NCBI RefSeq assembly: GCF_009914755.1
Contig: NC_060936.1
Length of the DNA: 64,000 nt
From: the human T2T-CHM13v2.0 reference genome, Homo sapiens
Reading direction: 5' to 3' (one strand)
The notes under the pieces were generated by a model. That model did not search any database and was not told the DNA's origin. It worked only from the letters and a program-made list of their open reading frames with translations. The stretch's first letter is position 1; every line of letters begins with the position of its first letter. This document shows, piece after piece, positions 15,308 to 29,079 of this stretch. A program made the position numbers and the translations under genes.

Positions 15308-15786
15308 TGTGGCCAAATAAAAATATAGAAATGAATCTCTATGCAAAATGTTTTATTTTGGAGTGTATGTAAAGACAGAATGGCAATTCAAGGCATATCC
15401 ATAGACCTGGGTAGTTTTGGGTATGTCTGAAGAATGAAGAGAAGGTTGGGGATTTTATCAGAAAAAAATAATGTTACATATTGCCTTAAAAAACTCATTG
15501 GCATGAGCAAAGTTTTGGGGAGCTGGCAAGCTCTGACTGGTGAGTGATAGTGGTAGGTAAAACAAATCTCAGACTAAGAGCAGTTTGTTTTAGCAGTTAC
15601 TAGGTAAAACTGGTCTTAAGGTTATAGCTGGTCATTTTGGTAGCTGGTTTGTGATATAATGCCTGGGCAAAATGAGGTCTGTGTCCTGAGTGTACCACCT
15701 GCTCTGTACACCACCTGCTCTGTCTCTTAACTCTAATTTAGTTGGGTATAACAAGATCACTCTAATATATATAATCAGTTCTTACA
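15308..15786 (-). mobile_element. ERV1-class (MER4-group-like) solo LTR
   Basis: 'ttttggggagctggcaagctctgactggtgagtgatagtggtaggtaaaac', 'ttagttgggtataacaagatc', ends 'tcagtttcttaca'. Confidence 0.6.
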
Positions 15787-15809
15787 GAATCCAAAACCTG
15801 TTTGACTTG

Positions 15810-16740
15810 AATATCCATTTTAAGAAATATTTATTGACATCTTTGTCAGGGACTGGAATACACACTCTGCTGATACATGGAGGATATAAACACATGGCGC
15901 CAGCTTCCAAGTCTAGTGTTGAAATAACACATAGATGAGCCACCACTTACAATATTTAGTGAAAATCCCCATTTAGGGTGAGTATAGACAAGGTGTATAA
16001 ATTCTGGCAACACTGTCAACTTAGTGGAGTAGAAATTGTTTTTGAAGCAATATATGAGTTTCTTTTGTATAAACGAATGATGTTTTGCTAAAAACGCAAG
16101 GAAAAAAGACATCTCTAGCAGGAATAACTGTAAGAGCAAATATGAAAAGACCTGGGTACAGGTGGCATGTTTGCAGGCTAAAACTAGTCAGTATTCCTGA
16201 AATATAAACAGCAAACTTGTAGACACAAGATCTGAAACACATAAGAAGGAGGTCCTTGATCTTAAATAGCATTGGATTTTATGCCAAGGAATTTAAATTT
16301 GATTTTGTAGATAATGGAGAGTCATTGAGGAATTTTGAAAAGGGTGAAACTGAGGTAAAAACACCAGTCACAGGATGATGAAAGTCCAAAAAAGAGAGCA
16401 CAAAACAGACAAACTAAGGTAGCAGAGAGGAATAAAGAATTTCAGTTATTATTTAAGCAATCACATGAAAATAATTGAGGGAGGAAAGAGTCTGCAATGA
16501 TTTTCAAGCTTCTAGCTTGTGGTACCTGGCGAATGGGGTGCTATTCATCCATGCAGAAAATAAGAGAGGAAAAATGTAAGTTTTAATTCTAAACATGTTA
16601 TATCTGAGGTAACTGATGGGACTGATTAAAAGTCCAAAGTATACTTAGACACAAAATGCTGCTTCTTGGGAGAGAGAAAAAAGATGTATTTATTGGAGAT
16701 ACAGAAGCAGTTGGGGTATATGTAGTAATTAATGCCACAG
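15810..16740 (-). mobile_element. L2 LINE fragment
   Basis: 'aaatatttattgacat...', 'gccaaggaatttaaatttgattttgtagataatggagagtcattgaggaattttg', 'tgattttcaagcttctagcttg'. Confidence 0.65.
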
Positions 16741-17269
16741 GTTTAAATTTACTAGTAATTTGACTCTATCAATAAATGTTCTTATATATTATGTGATTTA
16801 TAAAGTTTATATACATAAGATGTATAACAAATATAAAAGTAAAACCTAAATAGACATCACAATGAATTTTACAATATAGTCTCTATGAATATATCATTAA
16901 TCTAACCCATGGCATCTCACACACTATCTCTTCCTCAACACAAGCAAATGAAAGTCAGAAATCCTTAACATTTAAGCCCTTCCCAGACTTTAATAGTAAA
17001 GTCCTTACTGTAGTAAGGAATGCACAGTAGTCATGTACATGTAGAACATTCTTATGTAATTACACTCATCAAAATATGGCTGTTTTCCACAGGCCATCAA
17101 GAGAAAAAAGGTTATCAGCCTGGACATCACAGGGAGACTATTATAATGGTCTTTACAATTAGAAGTATGGTCATGCAGTAAGGCAGTAACATAAGTATGG
17201 CAAAGAGAGCTCAGAAGAAAAGCCATTTCTATGGCCAAGAAGAAAGAAATGGGTAGTCAATTGAATATG

Positions 17270-17500
17270 ATAGTAGTGAGTGACTACTTCACTCTTTTTC
17301 ATGGATGAGAAAACTGAAGCACAGAGAGGAGAAAAGTTCACTCCAGCACTTACACAACAGTAAACCCTGTTCAGTGACAACCTAGGTTCAAATCCATGCT
17401 GTAATCCTCTAGATGATTGGCCATTACTAAATTTTAATACACTCTACTGGGTTCCATGAAGTAGTATTATACATATTTATCATAACAAAATTATCACAAA
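17270..17500. mobile_element. MIR fragments
   Basis: 'gatgagaaaactgaagcacagagag' (minus) and 'cctaggttcaaatccatgct' (plus). Confidence 0.55.
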
Positions 17501-17944
17501 TGAAAAGGCTGAATTGGCTTATGAGTTCAGATTGGTAAACCTACACAAAAATAGACCAGAAGTATACATTTTTATTTTGTCAGTTGAATGTAAGCTCAAT
17601 AAAGATAGGTAGGGATTTATGTCTACTAAGCTTTTGCTGTATCCACAGCAACTAAAACTTATAGCACTTAGTAGACTCTTGAAAAACAACTTTAACAAAT
17701 GAATAAACATCCTAATGATGCCTCAATTATCCAAAATATTGGAGAGTAATATATTTTAATTGAGAATATATATTAATAAACGTAAGGACTTTCTCTAAAA
17801 AATTGCTGCATAGAAAATTTGTTTAATTTTAAGAAGAGTTAGAGAAGAAAAAAATAAAATTTATTTAAGATATGCCTAAATACCAATAAAAGTAACCAAT
17901 TTATAATTTTAATATGTAGGCATAATTTCTAATCTTTTTTAAAA

Positions 17945-18400
17945 ATAATACTTCTATTATTATAGTGATACATCGTTTTTGAAGCAAATGTGTAAAATAA
18001 AAGAATGTATAAACACATTCGAAAGGATCTGTCATGCCGTCATCCAGGGATGACTACTGTTGAACATTCAGCGTCTCTATATCCAGTATATACTCTATTT
18101 ACATGATTACATTTCAATGAACAAATAAGGCTTATACTATGTGTATAGTTTTATTGTATTATTTCTTCTTTTAATAGTTTATTATCAAAATTTCCTGTGC
18201 CATTGAATATTTGCAAACTCTGATTTTGGGATACATTGCATTCCATTTTTAAATACACTACAATATATCTGACTTTTATGATTTCTAGTATTTCATTTCC
18301 AGGATTTTTGTAAATAATGCTGTATAGACATTCTTACTTATAAATATTTGTACATACTTCTAATTATATCCAAGAATAAATGTGTAGATGTGGTATCCAC
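17945..18400 (-). mobile_element. Old L1ME-like 3' fragment
   Basis: 'cagggatgactactgttgaacatt', 'aataatgctgtatagacattcttac', 'aataaatgtgtagatgtgg'. Confidence 0.55.
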
Positions 18401-19383
18401 CATTATTTGTAAGTTGAAATGGCTGTCAGTGATATGTAGATTTTAGTGTTTTATACAATTGCCTGTCTCCCTCAAATATTCTTTCATTTGTTTTTCTTTA
18501 GTCAGTAAGACAATTACAGCTATATTGAACAAAATGGAATAATAGGCATTCATACTTAATAAAAGTTAAATAAAGTTAATAATTATTATTACATGTTATT
18601 CTGCCAACAGGTTTAAATTTTTTAATAACTGTTCTTATACATTTATTTTAATCATCTTTTATTAAATTAATTTAGACCTGAATTTTGATCCACTCCCAAA
18701 TTTTACAACTATATAGGCTTGCAAAATCAAGAGTTCTTATATCTCAAATCTATGAAAAGCCTGATAGCTTTCCAGATAGATGGCAGAGATGAAAATTTAA
18801 AGAGATTCTGCAAGAACAAATCCATTTTTAAATTTGCATGAAAGATTCAATTGGCTATTAATATCTTAAAGTTCTTTAAATTTAGAAGCAACTCTTTTAT
18901 TCATATTTTTTACTCTAGCAATCATGATAAAATCAGACAAGATTCATCTCAATAAATATTATGTTCCCTACAGTCATATGAACTTTCATTTTAGAAGTAT
19001 ATAAGTCATATTTTTTGGCACGGCAGGAAAATTAAAGCTTGTTCTGTAAAACTCATCTGATATCTAAAGTATTATTTTGTATTCCATTTGCCTGGCTTGT
19101 TACCTTTTCAGTTGTGTGAAGTATTTTGAGAACTTCTTATATGCACAATTTAATATTGACCCATTAGTCATCAACCATTGAACACTTTAATCTGATATGT
19201 ACATGACTCAGTGTGAATAACTAACCCTCAAGTATGTCTGGCATAAAATGATCTTCTACAAATTTTTTCATTGGAACCATAAAGATTGAGGGCATTTTGT
19301 AGCAAGGACAAGAAAGGGAAAACATTACATTTTTTTGAGAAAGTACATGTTATAAACCTGACCAAATTTAGCTAAACAAACTA

Positions 19384-19917
<534 letters not shown>

Positions 19918-19919
19918 TC

Positions 19920-19937
19920 TGGTGGCCCATATGGGGC
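19920..19937 (+). promoter_or_regulatory. Primer binding site, tRNA-Ile-like
   Basis: tggtggcccatatggggc lies 2 nt after the LTR end. It matches 15/18 to TGGTGGCCCGTACGGGGA (complement of the tRNA-Ile(AAU) 3' end as I recall it), and two mismatches are CpG transitions. Confidence 0.8.
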
Positions 19938-19949
19938 TTCTCCAAAGCG

Positions 19950-21409
19950 ATGGGAAACATTCCCCCCAAGGCAAAAATGCCCCTAAGATGTATTCTGGAG
20001 AATTGGGACCAATTTGACCCTCAGACGCTAAGAAAGAAGCGGCTTATATTCTTCTGCATAACACCTGGCCACAATATCCTCTTCGAGAGGGGAGAAACCT
20101 GGCCCCCTGAGGGAAGTATAAATTATAACACCATCTTACAGCTAGACCTCTTTTGTAGAAAGAAGGGCAAATGGAGTGAAGTGCCATATGTGCAAACTTT
20201 CTTTTCATTAAGAGACAACTCACAATTATGTAAAAAGTATAAGTTATGCCCTACAGGCAGCCCTCAGAGTCTACCTCCCTGCCCCGCGTTCCCCTGGCTC
20301 CTTCCCCAACTAATAAGGACCCCCTTCAACACAAACAGTCCAAAAAGAGATAGACAAAGGGGTAAACAATGAACCCAAGAGTGCCAATTATTCCCCAATT
20401 ATGCCCCGTCCAGGTAGTGGGAGGAGGAGAATTCAGCCCAATCAGAGTGCATGTACCCTTTTCCCTCTCAGACCTGAAGCAAATTAAAATAGACCTAGGC
20501 AAATTCTCAGATAACTCTGATGGCTATATTGATGTTTTACAAGGACTAGGACAATCCTTTGATCTGACATGGAGAGATGTAATGTTACTGCTAGATCAGA
20601 CACTAACCCCAAATTAAAGGAGTGCCACCATAACTGCAGCCCGGGAGTTTGGCAGTCTCTGGTATCTCAGTCAGGTCAATGATAGGATGACAACAGAAGA
20701 AAAAGAACAATTCCCCACAGGCCAGCAGGCAGTTCCCAGTGTAGACCCTCATTGGGACACAGACTCAGAACATTAAGATTGGTGCTGCAGACATTTGCTA
20801 ACTTGCGTGCTAGAAGGACTAAGGAAAACTAGGAAGAAGCCTATGAATTATTCAATGATGTTGATTGTAACATAGAGAAAGGAAGAAAATCCTACTGCCT
20901 TTCTGAGAGACTAAGGGAGGCATTGAGGAAACAAACCTCTCTGTCACCCAACTGTATTGAAGGCCAACTAATCTTAAAGGATAAGTTTATTACTCAGTCA
21001 GCTGCAGACATTAGAAAAAAACTTCAAAAGTCTGCCTTAGGCCCAGAGCAAAACTTAGAAACCCTGTTGAACTTGGCAACTTCAGTTTTTTACAATAGAG
21101 ATCAGGAGGAGCAGGTGGAATGAGACAAAACTGGATTAAAAAAAGGCCACCACTTTAGTCATGGCCCTCAGGCAAGTGGACTTTGGAGGCTCCGGAAAAG
21201 GGAAAGCCTGGACAAATCGAATGCCCAATAGGGCTTGCTTCCAGTGCGGTCTACAAGGACACTTTAAAAAAGATTGTCCGAATAGAAATAAGCCACCCCC
21301 TCGTCCATGCCCCTTATGTCAAGGGAATCACTGGAAGGCCCACTGCCTCAGGGGATGAAGGTTCTCTGAGTCAGAAGCCACTAACCAGATGATCCAGCAG
21401 CAGGACTGA
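19950..21409 (+). pseudogene. gag: HERV-W gag (frameshifts and stops)
   Basis: Starts MGNIPPKAKMPLRCILENWDQFDPQ. Capsid segments. NC zinc knuckles CFQCGLQGHFKKDC and CPLCQGNHWKAHC. Ends QQQD-TGA at 21407-21409. Confidence 0.95.
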
Positions 21410-21730
21410 GGGTGCCCGGGGCAAGTGCCAGCCCATGCCATCACCCTCACAGAACCCCAGGTATGCTTGACCATTGAGGGCCAGGAGGTTAACTGTCTCC
21501 TGGACACTGGTGCAGCCTTCTCAGTCTTACTCTCCTGTCCCAGACAACTGTCCTCCAGATCTGTCAATATCCAAGGGGTCCTAGGACAGGCAGTCACTAG
21601 ATAGTTCTCCCAGCCACTAAGTTGTAAATGGGGAACTTTACTCTTTTCACATGCCTTTCTAATTATGACTGAAAGCCCCATTCCTTTATTAGGGAGTGAC
21701 ATCCTAGCAAAAGCAGGGGCCATTATACAC
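21410..21730 (+). pseudogene. pro: HERV-W protease
   Basis: In frame after the gag stop: GCPGQVPAHAITLTEPQVCLTIEGQEVNCLLDTGAAFSVL (catalytic DTG at 21503-21511) ... LLGSDILAKAGAIIH. Confidence 0.93.
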
Positions 21731-23235
21731 TAGAATTAGAAGAAGAAAAAAGGGTAACTATATATACAAACTCTAAGTATGCTTACCTAGTTCTCCATGC
21801 CCACACAGCAATATGGAGAGAAAGGGAATTCCTAACTTCCTAGGGAACACCTATCAAACATCAGGAAGCCATTAGGAGATTATTATTGGTTGTACAGAAA
21901 CCTAAAGAGTGGCAATCTTACACTGCCAGGGTCATCAGAAAGGAAAGGAAAGGGAAATAGAGGGAAACCGCCAAGCGGATATTGAAGCCAAAAGAGCCAC
22001 AAGGCGGGATCCTCCATTAGAAAAGCTTATAGAAGGACTCCTAGTATGGGGTAATCCACTCCAGGAAACCAAGCCCCAGTTCTCAGCAGAAGAAATAGAA
22101 TGGGGAACCTCATGAGGACATAGTTTCCTCCCCTCAGGATGGCTAGCCACTGCAGAAGGAAAAATACTTTTGCCTGCAGCTAACCAATGGAAATTACTTA
22201 AAACCCTTCACCAGACCTTTCACTTAGGCATTGATAGCACCCATCAGATGGCCAAATCATTATTTACTGGACCAGGCCTTTTCAAAGCTATCAAGCAGAT
22301 AGTCAGGGCCTGTAAAGAGTGCCAAAGAAATAATCCCTGCCTTATCGCCAAGCTCCTTCAGGAGAACAAAGAACAGGCCATTACCCAGGAGAAGACTGGC
22401 AACTAGATTTTACTCGCATGCCCAAATCCCAAGGATTTCAGTATCTACTAGCCTGGGTAGATGCTTTCACTGGTTGGGCAGAGGCCTTCCCTTGTAGGAT
22501 AGAAAAGGCCCAAGAGGTAATAAAGGCACTAATTCATGAAATAATTCCCAGATTCAGACTTCCCCGAGGCCTACAGAGTGACAATGGCCCCGCTTTCAAG
22601 GCTGCAGTAACCCAGGGAGTATCCCAGGCCTTAGGCATACAATATCACTTACGCTGCACCTGGAGGCCACAATCCTCAGGAAAAGTCGAGAAAATGAATG
22701 AAATGCTCAGACGACATCTAAAAAAGCGAACCCAAGAAACCTACCTTGCATGGCCTTCTCTGTTGCTTATAGCCTTACTAAGAATCTGAAACTCTCCCCA
22801 AAAAGCAGGACTTGCATACATGCAAGATGCTGTATGGATGGCCCTTCCTAACCAATGACCTTGTGCTTGACAGAGAGCTGACCAACTTAGTTGCAGACAT
22901 CACCTCCTTAGCCAAATATCAACAAGTTCTTAAAACATTACAGGGAACCTGTTCCTGAGAGGAAGGAAAGGAATTGTTCCACCCTAGTGACATGGTATTA
23001 GTCAAGTCCCTTCCCTTTAATTCCCCATCCCTAGATATATCCTGGGAAGGACCCTACCCAGTCATTTTATCTACCCCAACCACGGTTAAAGTGGCTGGAG
23101 TGAAGTCTTGGATACATCACACTCAAGTCAAACCCTGGATACTGCCAAAAAAACCTGAAAATCCCAGGAGACAACGCTAGCTATTCCTGTGAACCTCTAG
23201 AGGATCTGCACCTGTTCTTCAAGGGATAACTGTGA
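21731..23235 (+). pseudogene. pol: HERV-W pol remnant: C-terminal RNase H plus integrase, RT deleted
   Basis: IYTNSKYAYLVLHAH and HCQGHQKG (RNase H). HQTFH..CKEC (HHCC zinc finger). WVDAFTGW, QSDNGPAF, SSGKVEKMNE (DDE). WEGPYPV (GPY/F). Confidence 0.94.
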
Positions 23236-23262
23236 GGAAATTAACTAGAATCATAGATCCCC

Positions 23263-23728
23263 ATGGCCCTTGCTTGTCATGTTTTTCTTTTTACTGTTTT
23301 CTTACCCCCTTTAACTCTCACTGCACCCCCTCCATGCCACTGTACTACCAGTACCTCCCCTTACCAACAGCTTCTATGGAGAATATGGCTTCCCAGAAAT
23401 ATTGATGCCCCATCGTATAGGAGATTTTCTAAAAGAAACCCCACTTTCACCTCCATACCCATATGCCCCTGCACTTCAGGCAATACATTTCAATCCCTGT
23501 ATCTTTAACCTCCTTGTTAAGTTTGTCTCTTCCCAAATTGAAGCTGTAAAACTACAAATCGTTCTTCAAATGGAGCCCCAGATGCAGTCCATGACTAAGA
23601 TCTACTGCAGACCCCTGAACCGGCCTGCTAGCCCATGCTCCAATGTTGATGACATAGAAGGCACCCCTCCTGAGGAAATCTCAACTGCATGACCCCTACT
23701 ACACCCCAATTCAGCAGGAAGCAGTTAA
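23263..23728 (+). pseudogene. env: HERV-W env remnant (signal peptide/SU start, short island, TM cytoplasmic tail)
   Basis: MALACHVFLFTVFLPPLTLTAPPPCHCTTSTSPYQ (syncytin-1-like N-terminus) and PCIFNLLVKFVSSQIEAVKLQIVLQMEPQMQS...GTPPEEISTA (C-terminal tail). Only ~470 bp remain. Confidence 0.94.
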
Positions 23729-23775
23729 GAGCGGTCATCTGCCAACATCCTCAACAGCACCTGGGTTTTCCTGTT

Positions 23776-23787
23776 GAGAGGGGGGAC
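23776..23787 (+). promoter_or_regulatory. Polypurine tract
   Basis: gagaggggggac directly precedes the LTR start 'tgagagacaggactagctggatttcc'. Confidence 0.85.
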
Positions 23788-24115
23788 TGAGAGACAGGAC
23801 TAGCTGGATTTCCTAGGCCTACTAAGAATTCCTAAGCCTAGCTGAGAAAGGTGACTGCACCTACCTTTAAACACAGGGTCTGTAACTCAGCTCACACCCA
23901 ACCAATCAGGTAGTAAAGAGGGTTCACTAAAATACAAATTAGGCTAAAGCAGGAGGTAAAGAAATAGTCAAATCATATATCGCCTGAGAGCACAGCGGGA
24001 GGGACAATGATCGGGATATAAACCCAGACATTCAAGCAGGGAGTGGCAACCCCCTTTGTGTCCCCTCCCATTGCATGGGAGCTCTGTTTTCACTCTATTA
24101 AATCTTGCAACTGCA
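23788..24115 (+). repeat. 3' truncated LTR17 (U3-R) with CCAAT, TATA and polyA signal
   Basis: CCAAT at 23902, TATAAA at 24017-24022, ATTAAA at 24097-24102, then the A-rich tail. Confidence 0.93.
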
Positions 24116-24434
24116 AAAATAATAAATAAATAAATAAAAACATTCCCACTTTATATTTTCTGGGAAAATATACTTTAAATTTTATGGTGTTGCTGAATTC
24201 TATAGAAGTTCCAAAGTATGCTCTAAAGACTATTATATATATGTATATGTAGCAATTAATACATTAATATTAAAAAAACAGAAAATGATCATATGAAGTT
24301 TTAACACCAAATAATTTGGAGAAATTTGTTAGATGGAATTAGATACGTTTAATATAATCGTTTTGGTTATGTAGGTTTTTTTTCTCATTGTTAATATTGC
24401 ATTCATTAAGTATTTTAAATTTTAAGATATTTTT

Positions 24435-24893
24435 ATTCATTAACTACTGATGCATTAAAAACTACTCCAAAACTTTGAATCTATGGAATTTTGAACAGTT
24501 CTGCTTATCTGGACCAAGTACCATTGATCTCTGGACTTGTCCATGCTTCTCTTGTCAGCTGGCAGATCAGCCAGAGACCGAACAATCTAATATCCTCAGC
24601 TGGGGCAATGTGATGGTCTTCTGTTTTCTAGCAGGCTAGCCTGGGATTGTTCCCCGAGCAGAAGCAGGATTCCAAAAGAGAAAATAAAGGCATATTAAGC
24701 CCTCTGGAATTATACTTCAAAATCGCAATACATCACTTCCGCTGTATTCTGTTGACCAAAGTAAGTCACAAGTGCAGCACAGATGGAAGGGAAAGAGAAA
24801 AAGATTTTACCTCTTGATGGAAGTTACATTACAAAGGACATTTATACAGAACAGAATGGTGTATGGGAACCAATATTGTAATCAAACTACCAT
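24435..24893 (-). mobile_element. MLT1 (G/H-like) MaLR solo LTR
   Basis: 'gtcagctggcagatcagc', 'agcaggctagcctggg', 'catcacttccgctgtattctgttgaccaaagtaagtcacaag', 'ctaccata'. Confidence 0.7.
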
Positions 24894-25177
24894 AGAATTT
24901 GACCAGGGAACTCTGTTTATCACATAGTGTCTTCCAAGATTGAATTTGTAGCTCACATCTTAGAAATATTGATATACATGAATTTTATTCATTCAGCTTA
25001 TCCAACAAATATTAGCTGTGCACTACCTGAGTCCAGTTAACAACGAAGTTTTTGTTATACAAGATGAATTGAGAACATGTTCTTTCTTCTCAAAATAAGT
25101 GGGTCTTTCCAATGATAATACAAACCAAATGGTAAAAACACAATTCAATGCAGCTTTCTATGCTTTCCCAAGGTAGG

Positions 25178-27005
<1,828 letters not shown>

Positions 27006-27161
27006 AGTGGGTATGCTGCAGGTGGTGTAAGAGCAAATATTGTTGTTGCAACATATACATCAGCAAGTATCAGCAGTTACCTCAGCAGCCTCACATAATG
27101 AAGAGTGTCCTATAACTTCAAGCTGCCCCACAGAAAGAGAGAAAGCCACAGTTTCTTCTTT

Positions 27162-27527
27162 TGATATGGTTTGGCTGTGTCACCACCCAAATCTCATCTT
27201 TAATTGTAGCTCCTGTAATCTCCACATGTCATGGGAGGGACCTGGTGGGAAGTAATTAAATCATGGGGGCAGGTTTTTCCCATGCTGTTCTCATGATAGT
27301 GAATAAGTCTCATCAGATCTGATGGTTTTATAAAGGGCAGTTCCCCTGCCCATACTCTCTACCTGCCACCATGTAAGACACGCCTTTGCTCCTCCTTTGC
27401 CTTCTGCCATGATTGTGAAGCTTCCCCAGCCATGTGGAACTGAGTCCATTAAACCTCTTTGTCTTTGTAAATTACCAAGACAATTCTTAAGCTTTTCTTC
27501 ACAGCACTATGAAAATGGACTCACACA
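27162..27527 (+). mobile_element. THE1 (B/C) MaLR solo LTR
   Basis: 'tgatatggtttggctgtgtcaccacccaaatctcatc...gatctgatggttttataaagggcagttcccctg...ggactcacaca'. Near-TSD tcttt/tcctt. Confidence 0.92.
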
Positions 27528-28289
27528 TCCTTTCACTGGGATAATTGAGTAACTGAGACATAGCTTCATGACTCTGAGGTATTGGTTGCACACACAAACA
27601 CACACACACACATAATTGACTAACTGCTTCCATGTTATATTATAAATTAATTTCAAATTCTTACATGTTAAATATAGGCTTCATATATAAATCTAGACAA
27701 TCATATTACAAGCAAGTTATGTAAGCCTGCTTTTAGCTTTTAACTTCAGCTAGGTCTACAAGCTTAAAGTAATGTAATAAAAAATCTGGCAAATAAAAGG
27801 GAAACAATCTTGTTCCAAAGAAACAGATGTAAGGAGGGGCTAAGCAAGAAAGGAAATGTTCCTACCACTAAGAGTATTCACTACATGTAAAACACTGTGC
27901 TTTATATTTGGATAATCTAAATTGTATTCAACCCTATCTCCATATGAGAACATTTTAATATGAAATCAAATAAACTGGGATTATGGAAACTCCTATTGAT
28001 TTTTAAATAGTGTTCTATAATTTTACAGTTTTCTATCTTTTGAGAAAATATCTGACAATGTTAATATTTTTCTGTTTATAAATTACTTATAAGCATCTAT
28101 ACATTTTAAATGATACATCTACAATAGAAAGGAGAAAAATGCTAAGCATGTTTCACTGAATATGAATTAGAAATTTCTGTATATAAAAATCTTAATAATT
28201 TATTCCTATATTTTGTCATATTTTCATGATCTATATTGATAGAAGTTTTATGTTTTTGTTTGTTTGAAATGCTTGTATGACCTAATGAT

Positions 28290-28520
28290 CAAGAACAAGG
28301 ACCTTAGAGCTCAAAGTGCTTAAATTCAAATCCAGGCTCTGTTACTTCATAACTGTATGACCTTATGCTTCTGGTTTCACCATGTTGAAATGGAGACATA
28401 AATAATAACTTCTTCAGAGCACTGGTATGATAAGTAAATAAAGTAACATATATAAGGCAATCAGATCAGTACCAGAAACAATGTAATATGCACTAAATTA
28501 GTATAAGCTGTTGTTATTTT
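28290..28520 (+). mobile_element. MIR
   Basis: 'ttcaaatccaggctctgttacttcataactgtatgacctt...ggtttcaccatgttgaaatggaga'. Confidence 0.7.
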
Positions 28521-28629
28521 TAGCAGTTTGGCTCCTAAATTTCTCTTCAATTTAGGTAGATTGTCCATTCAGTCTTTTGTACTCCTTTTGGAATTGCTGA
28601 TAAATTTTTAAAAAGAAAAAGAAAATTAA

Positions 28630-28862
28630 CACTTACTGACTGCCAGGCAATTCTCTAAAAGTTGTGCTTATAGAAGTAATGTAGTGATTCATTTAATTGT
28701 TACAACAACCTCAATGAGGCAGAAACTATCATCCTCACTTTGGAGATGCAAAAACAGAGCTTCGAATGGGTTAAGTAATCTGCCCAAGATATACCCCTAG
28801 TAAATGACACAGTTGGGATTCAAGGCAAATTTTGGAGCCCCAGAGCTTGCAATCTTAATTAT
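28630..28862 (-). mobile_element. MIR
   Basis: 'acaacaacctcaatgaggcag...ttggagatgcaaaaacagagct...ggttaagtaatctgcccaagat...gggattcaa'. Confidence 0.75.
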
Positions 28863-29079
28863 ATTTTGTAACCTCTAAACTGCTTGGGATTATATAACTT
28901 GTATTTTATTCTGTCAAAATTGTATCCTATTAAGATTATTGCTGCCAATAGCTTATCTGTTCAACATCTTAGTCTCTGCAGAAGAGACAAAGCAATCAAT
29001 GGAGCATAAGAGAATCAAGGAAAAGTTCAGGATGATAAGAGAGTTAGAAGAAAGGAACATTGGGATATACAAATCATTG

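Noticed and set aside
21328-22150. Antisense ORFs over HERV-W pro/pol (131 aa, 71 aa)
   Set aside because: Shadow ORFs of the retroviral coding strand.
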